A stretch of DNA of 64,000 nt from assembly GCA_043811375.1 (NCBI GenBank), contig JBDRNJ010000064.1, forward strand, positions 32,001 to 96,000, read 5' to 3'. Below the pieces are notes generated by a model. The model did no database searches. It was not told the DNA's origin and worked only from the letters and a program-made list of their open reading frames with translations. Below are positions 61,750 through 64,000 of this stretch, piece after piece. Within the stretch, counting starts at the first letter, position 1. Each line of letters starts with the position of its first letter. A program made the translations under genes and the position numbers. The DNA comes from a bacterium. Lineage in GTDB: Bacteria > Zixibacteria > MSB-5A5 > GN15 > FEB-12.

Positions 61750-63017
61750 CTTGACGCCTCCTGGGCATCGGACGCCAGTTCACGAAGTGCTGCCGTCTGC
61801 TGATGGTACTGTTTGAGAAGTTCAAGTCTTTCCAACTCGACATTCATTACGTCCAGTTGAGCTGAGAGGAAGCCGTTGAAATCAACCTGACCGACTTCGT
61901 AAGCGACCTGCGCAGCTTCGCCGGCTGCTTGTGCCTGAGGAAGGATTGTCAGTTCGTATTGCTCAACGCGTTCTCGCAAGGACTGTAAAACCAGCACGAT
62001 ATCTGCAACCTTTCGCTCGACACTGTTGATAATCGCGTGTTCGTCGGCCTGTGCCGCCAGATACGATTGCCTTGCGGCTGCCGTCTGATTTCTCTGACGT
62101 GTGAAAAACCAGACCGGCAGGTTCATGCCAATCTTGAATGACAGGAAATCCTCACCGGAAACGGCGTCCATGGGGATATCCTTCCGAATACGATAATCGA
62201 CTCCAACTGTCAGGTTGGGCCAGTATTCGGATTTTGCCAGGTCCACCTTCCGTTTCGCCACCGCGGAACCTATTGACGCCCTCGCGAAGATAGGGTTAGA
62301 CAATTCAGCGGGTATTTCAACATATTCCTGCGGAATCGGCGGGAGTACATGTGTTAATGAAGCGTCGATTGTCCCGGGATTGTCGGTAAGCCGGGCGAGC
62401 TGAACCAGTGCTGAGGAAGCTTTTTGCCGGGCCATTAGTATGCGGTTTTCGATTCTCGCTTTGGATGTTTCTGAACGAAGGACATCCTGCAATGAGCCGT
62501 CACCATTGGAATATCTGGTCTGAGCGACCTGGATGATATTCTCGACAAGCTGCATACTCTCGGTAAGAACAGTTTCGACCAAAGTCTGGTGAGAGTAGTC
62601 GTAATAGTAATGCACCACCTGTCGGATGATGTTGTTCCTTCGAGCGGCCAGGTCCGTAGCCTTGATATCAGAATCCAGCCGGGCGATATCGGCCTTGGCA
62701 GACAATTTCCCGGGCCATGGAACACTCTGAGACAAACCGAGCGACACACCGCTCATGGGGGTTTCGTCGAAACTCATCGATGTTCGCGGTAGATTGAGAA
62801 TTGCCGCCGAAAGTTTTGGGTCCGGCAGCCAACCGGCGAAATTGGCCCCGTATTCGGCCGCGCTGTGTCTGTATTCAGCAGCATGAATCGCCGGATGGCG
62901 CTCCAGCGCAACCATGATCAGAGAGTCAAGTGTATGATTATCGCTGATATCATCCGCCCAGCCTGTCGGCGCCAGTGCCAGGCAGACCACAAAACAGACT
63001 ATTGTATTCTTATCCAC
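61746..63017 (-). CDS. TolC family outer membrane efflux protein (CusC role)
   Basis: LPDPKL, QSVPWPGKL, YWPNLTVG, NLPVWF, AYEVG; first gene of the efflux trio. Confidence 0.9.
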   Translation of the reverse strand: MDKNTIVCFVVCLALAPTGWADDISDNHTLDSLIMVALERHPAIHAAEYRHSAAEYGANFAGWLPDPKLSAAILNLPRTSMSFDETPMSGVSLGLSQSVPWPGKLSAKADIARLDSDIKATDLAARRNNIIRQVVHYYYDYSHQTLVETVLTESMQLVENIIQVAQTRYSNGDGSLQDVLRSETSKARIENRILMARQKASSALVQLARLTDNPGTIDASLTHVLPPIPQEYVEIPAELSNPIFARASIGSAVAKRKVDLAKSEYWPNLTVGVDYRIRKDIPMDAVSGEDFLSFKIGMNLPVWFFTRQRNQTAAARQSYLAAQADEHAIINSVERKVADIVLVLQSLRERVEQYELTILPQAQAAGEAAQVAYEVGQVDFNGFLSAQLDVMNVELERLELLKQYHQQTAALRELASDAQEASR

Positions 63018-63096
63018 TATACAGACTCCATCATTGGTTGGAGGTTACAAAAGTGGGGTATAATATACCCCAGGGAACGATCTAAGAAAAGGATTA

Positions 63097-63504
63097 TCAG
63101 ATAAGATAAGATGCGTTCAGAACGTAGAGAGGCGGCCCATGAGCCGATTGCCGGCTGGTTCGGGCGGTTTGAGAGGACCCTGTCTCAATCACCGTGACAT
63201 TCGAAACAGCCAACATCACGGCAGCAGATGTTTCCGGATTGGTAGTTGGACGCAGTTGAGCCTCGAGCGGGACTTCCGTTTTTGTCGCTGGAGCAGAGAC
63301 ACTACAGCAACAGGAACTCTCCAGCGAGAGCGCTTCACCGATCGGAGCCTCGCCTTGCCCATAGCTACAACCACAGCAACAGGACTTGGAACAATCGTCA
63401 CTCACGTAGTTCGACTGGTACGCCTGCAAGCAGGACGCTGCCGCAACAATCAGGACAGTTGCCAGTACCGAAATGAGTCTGAGTCTGTTGCTTATTCTAT
63501 ACAT
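63097..63504 (-). CDS. Cys-rich exported small protein upstream of the efflux operon
   Basis: N-terminal hydrophobic segment, CSKSCCCGC and SCCCS clusters, C-terminal HGPPLYVLNASYLI. Confidence 0.7.
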   Translation of the reverse strand: MYRISNRLRLISVLATVLIVAAASCLQAYQSNYVSDDCSKSCCCGCSYGQGEAPIGEALSLESSCCCSVSAPATKTEVPLEAQLRPTTNPETSAAVMLAVSNVTVIETGSSQTARTSRQSAHGPPLYVLNASYLI

Positions 63505-63792
63505 ATGCGTAATATCGACAAATATGGTCCAGCTTTATAACACATACCGACAGCAGGAGTTCCATTAAGACACTCCCGCAAGATAACATAATGCAAACAA
63601 ATGAGTTACGGCTCCTGCGAAGTCTCCGGTTGGCGATGGAGCTGCTCGTTGTCAGGCAGTTCTGCATAGACAGTAGTTAATGCCAATATAACCGCAAAGT
63701 TAAATGATTTAGTGACTTCACCACTGCCAGGTATTCGTGACCTCCCCTTTAGATACTTGCCAACAACGCCATCACTTCGGTACCATGACTCA

Positions 63793-64000
63793 ATGAAAAC
63801 GTCCGACCTTCTCCGTGGTTGCTACCTCTGCCGGGACCTTGACCAGAGGGAACTGGAAGCACTTGAGGAAATCGTCTCAGTTCGGAGAGTGAACAGGGGA
63901 GAGGTACTCTTTCTTCAGGGCGACCACGCAACGGGCTTCTATGTTCTCCTGGACGGCTCGATCCGGATTTACAAAGCCTCACCGGACGGCAAAGAGTACA
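63793..64000 (+). CDS. Crp/Fnr family transcriptional regulator, partial (runs off the right edge)
   Basis: Manual translation MKTSDLLRGCYLCRDLDQRELEALEEIVSVRRVNRGEVLFLQGDHATGFYVLLDGSIRIYKASPDGKEY is a cNMP-binding domain start. Confidence 0.85.
   Translation, partial: MKTSDLLRGCYLCRDLDQRELEALEEIVSVRRVNRGEVLFLQGDHATGFYVLLDGSIRIYKASPDGKEY

Overview
Bacterial chromosomal window, mostly housekeeping genes plus cell-surface accessory genes. Several features suggest a diderm of the FCB/Zixibacteria type (inference, not proven): dockerin-like and NYPNPFNP-type C-terminal domains, and a kinase-TolB-TPR protein. Contents from left to right: a >1300-aa secreted BNR/FN3/Ig protein running off the left edge; Yip1; an IS30 sitting inside a REP-like palindrome; an S9 peptidase; a complete H+-type F1Fo ATP synthase operon with an outer-membrane beta-barrel gene between atpA and atpG; the yceD-rpmF-plsX-fabH-fabD-fabG-acpP-fabF-rnc cluster; dockerin-tagged surface proteins; a WYL regulator; a lipoprotein/PorV-like barrel/M6 protease operon; Omp85; a Ser/Thr kinase; two tandem RRM genes with a conserved structured leader; a dipeptidase plus phospholipase-C-like pair; an orphan histidine kinase; a Moco biosynthesis cluster; a cusCBA-type efflux operon headed by a Cys-rich HGPP-ending leader gene; and a Crp/Fnr regulator running off the right edge. 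No tRNA, rRNA or CRISPR array was seen. Two genes carry single-base homopolymer frameshifts that may be assembly errors. All family assignments come from motif recognition by eye; no searches were run.
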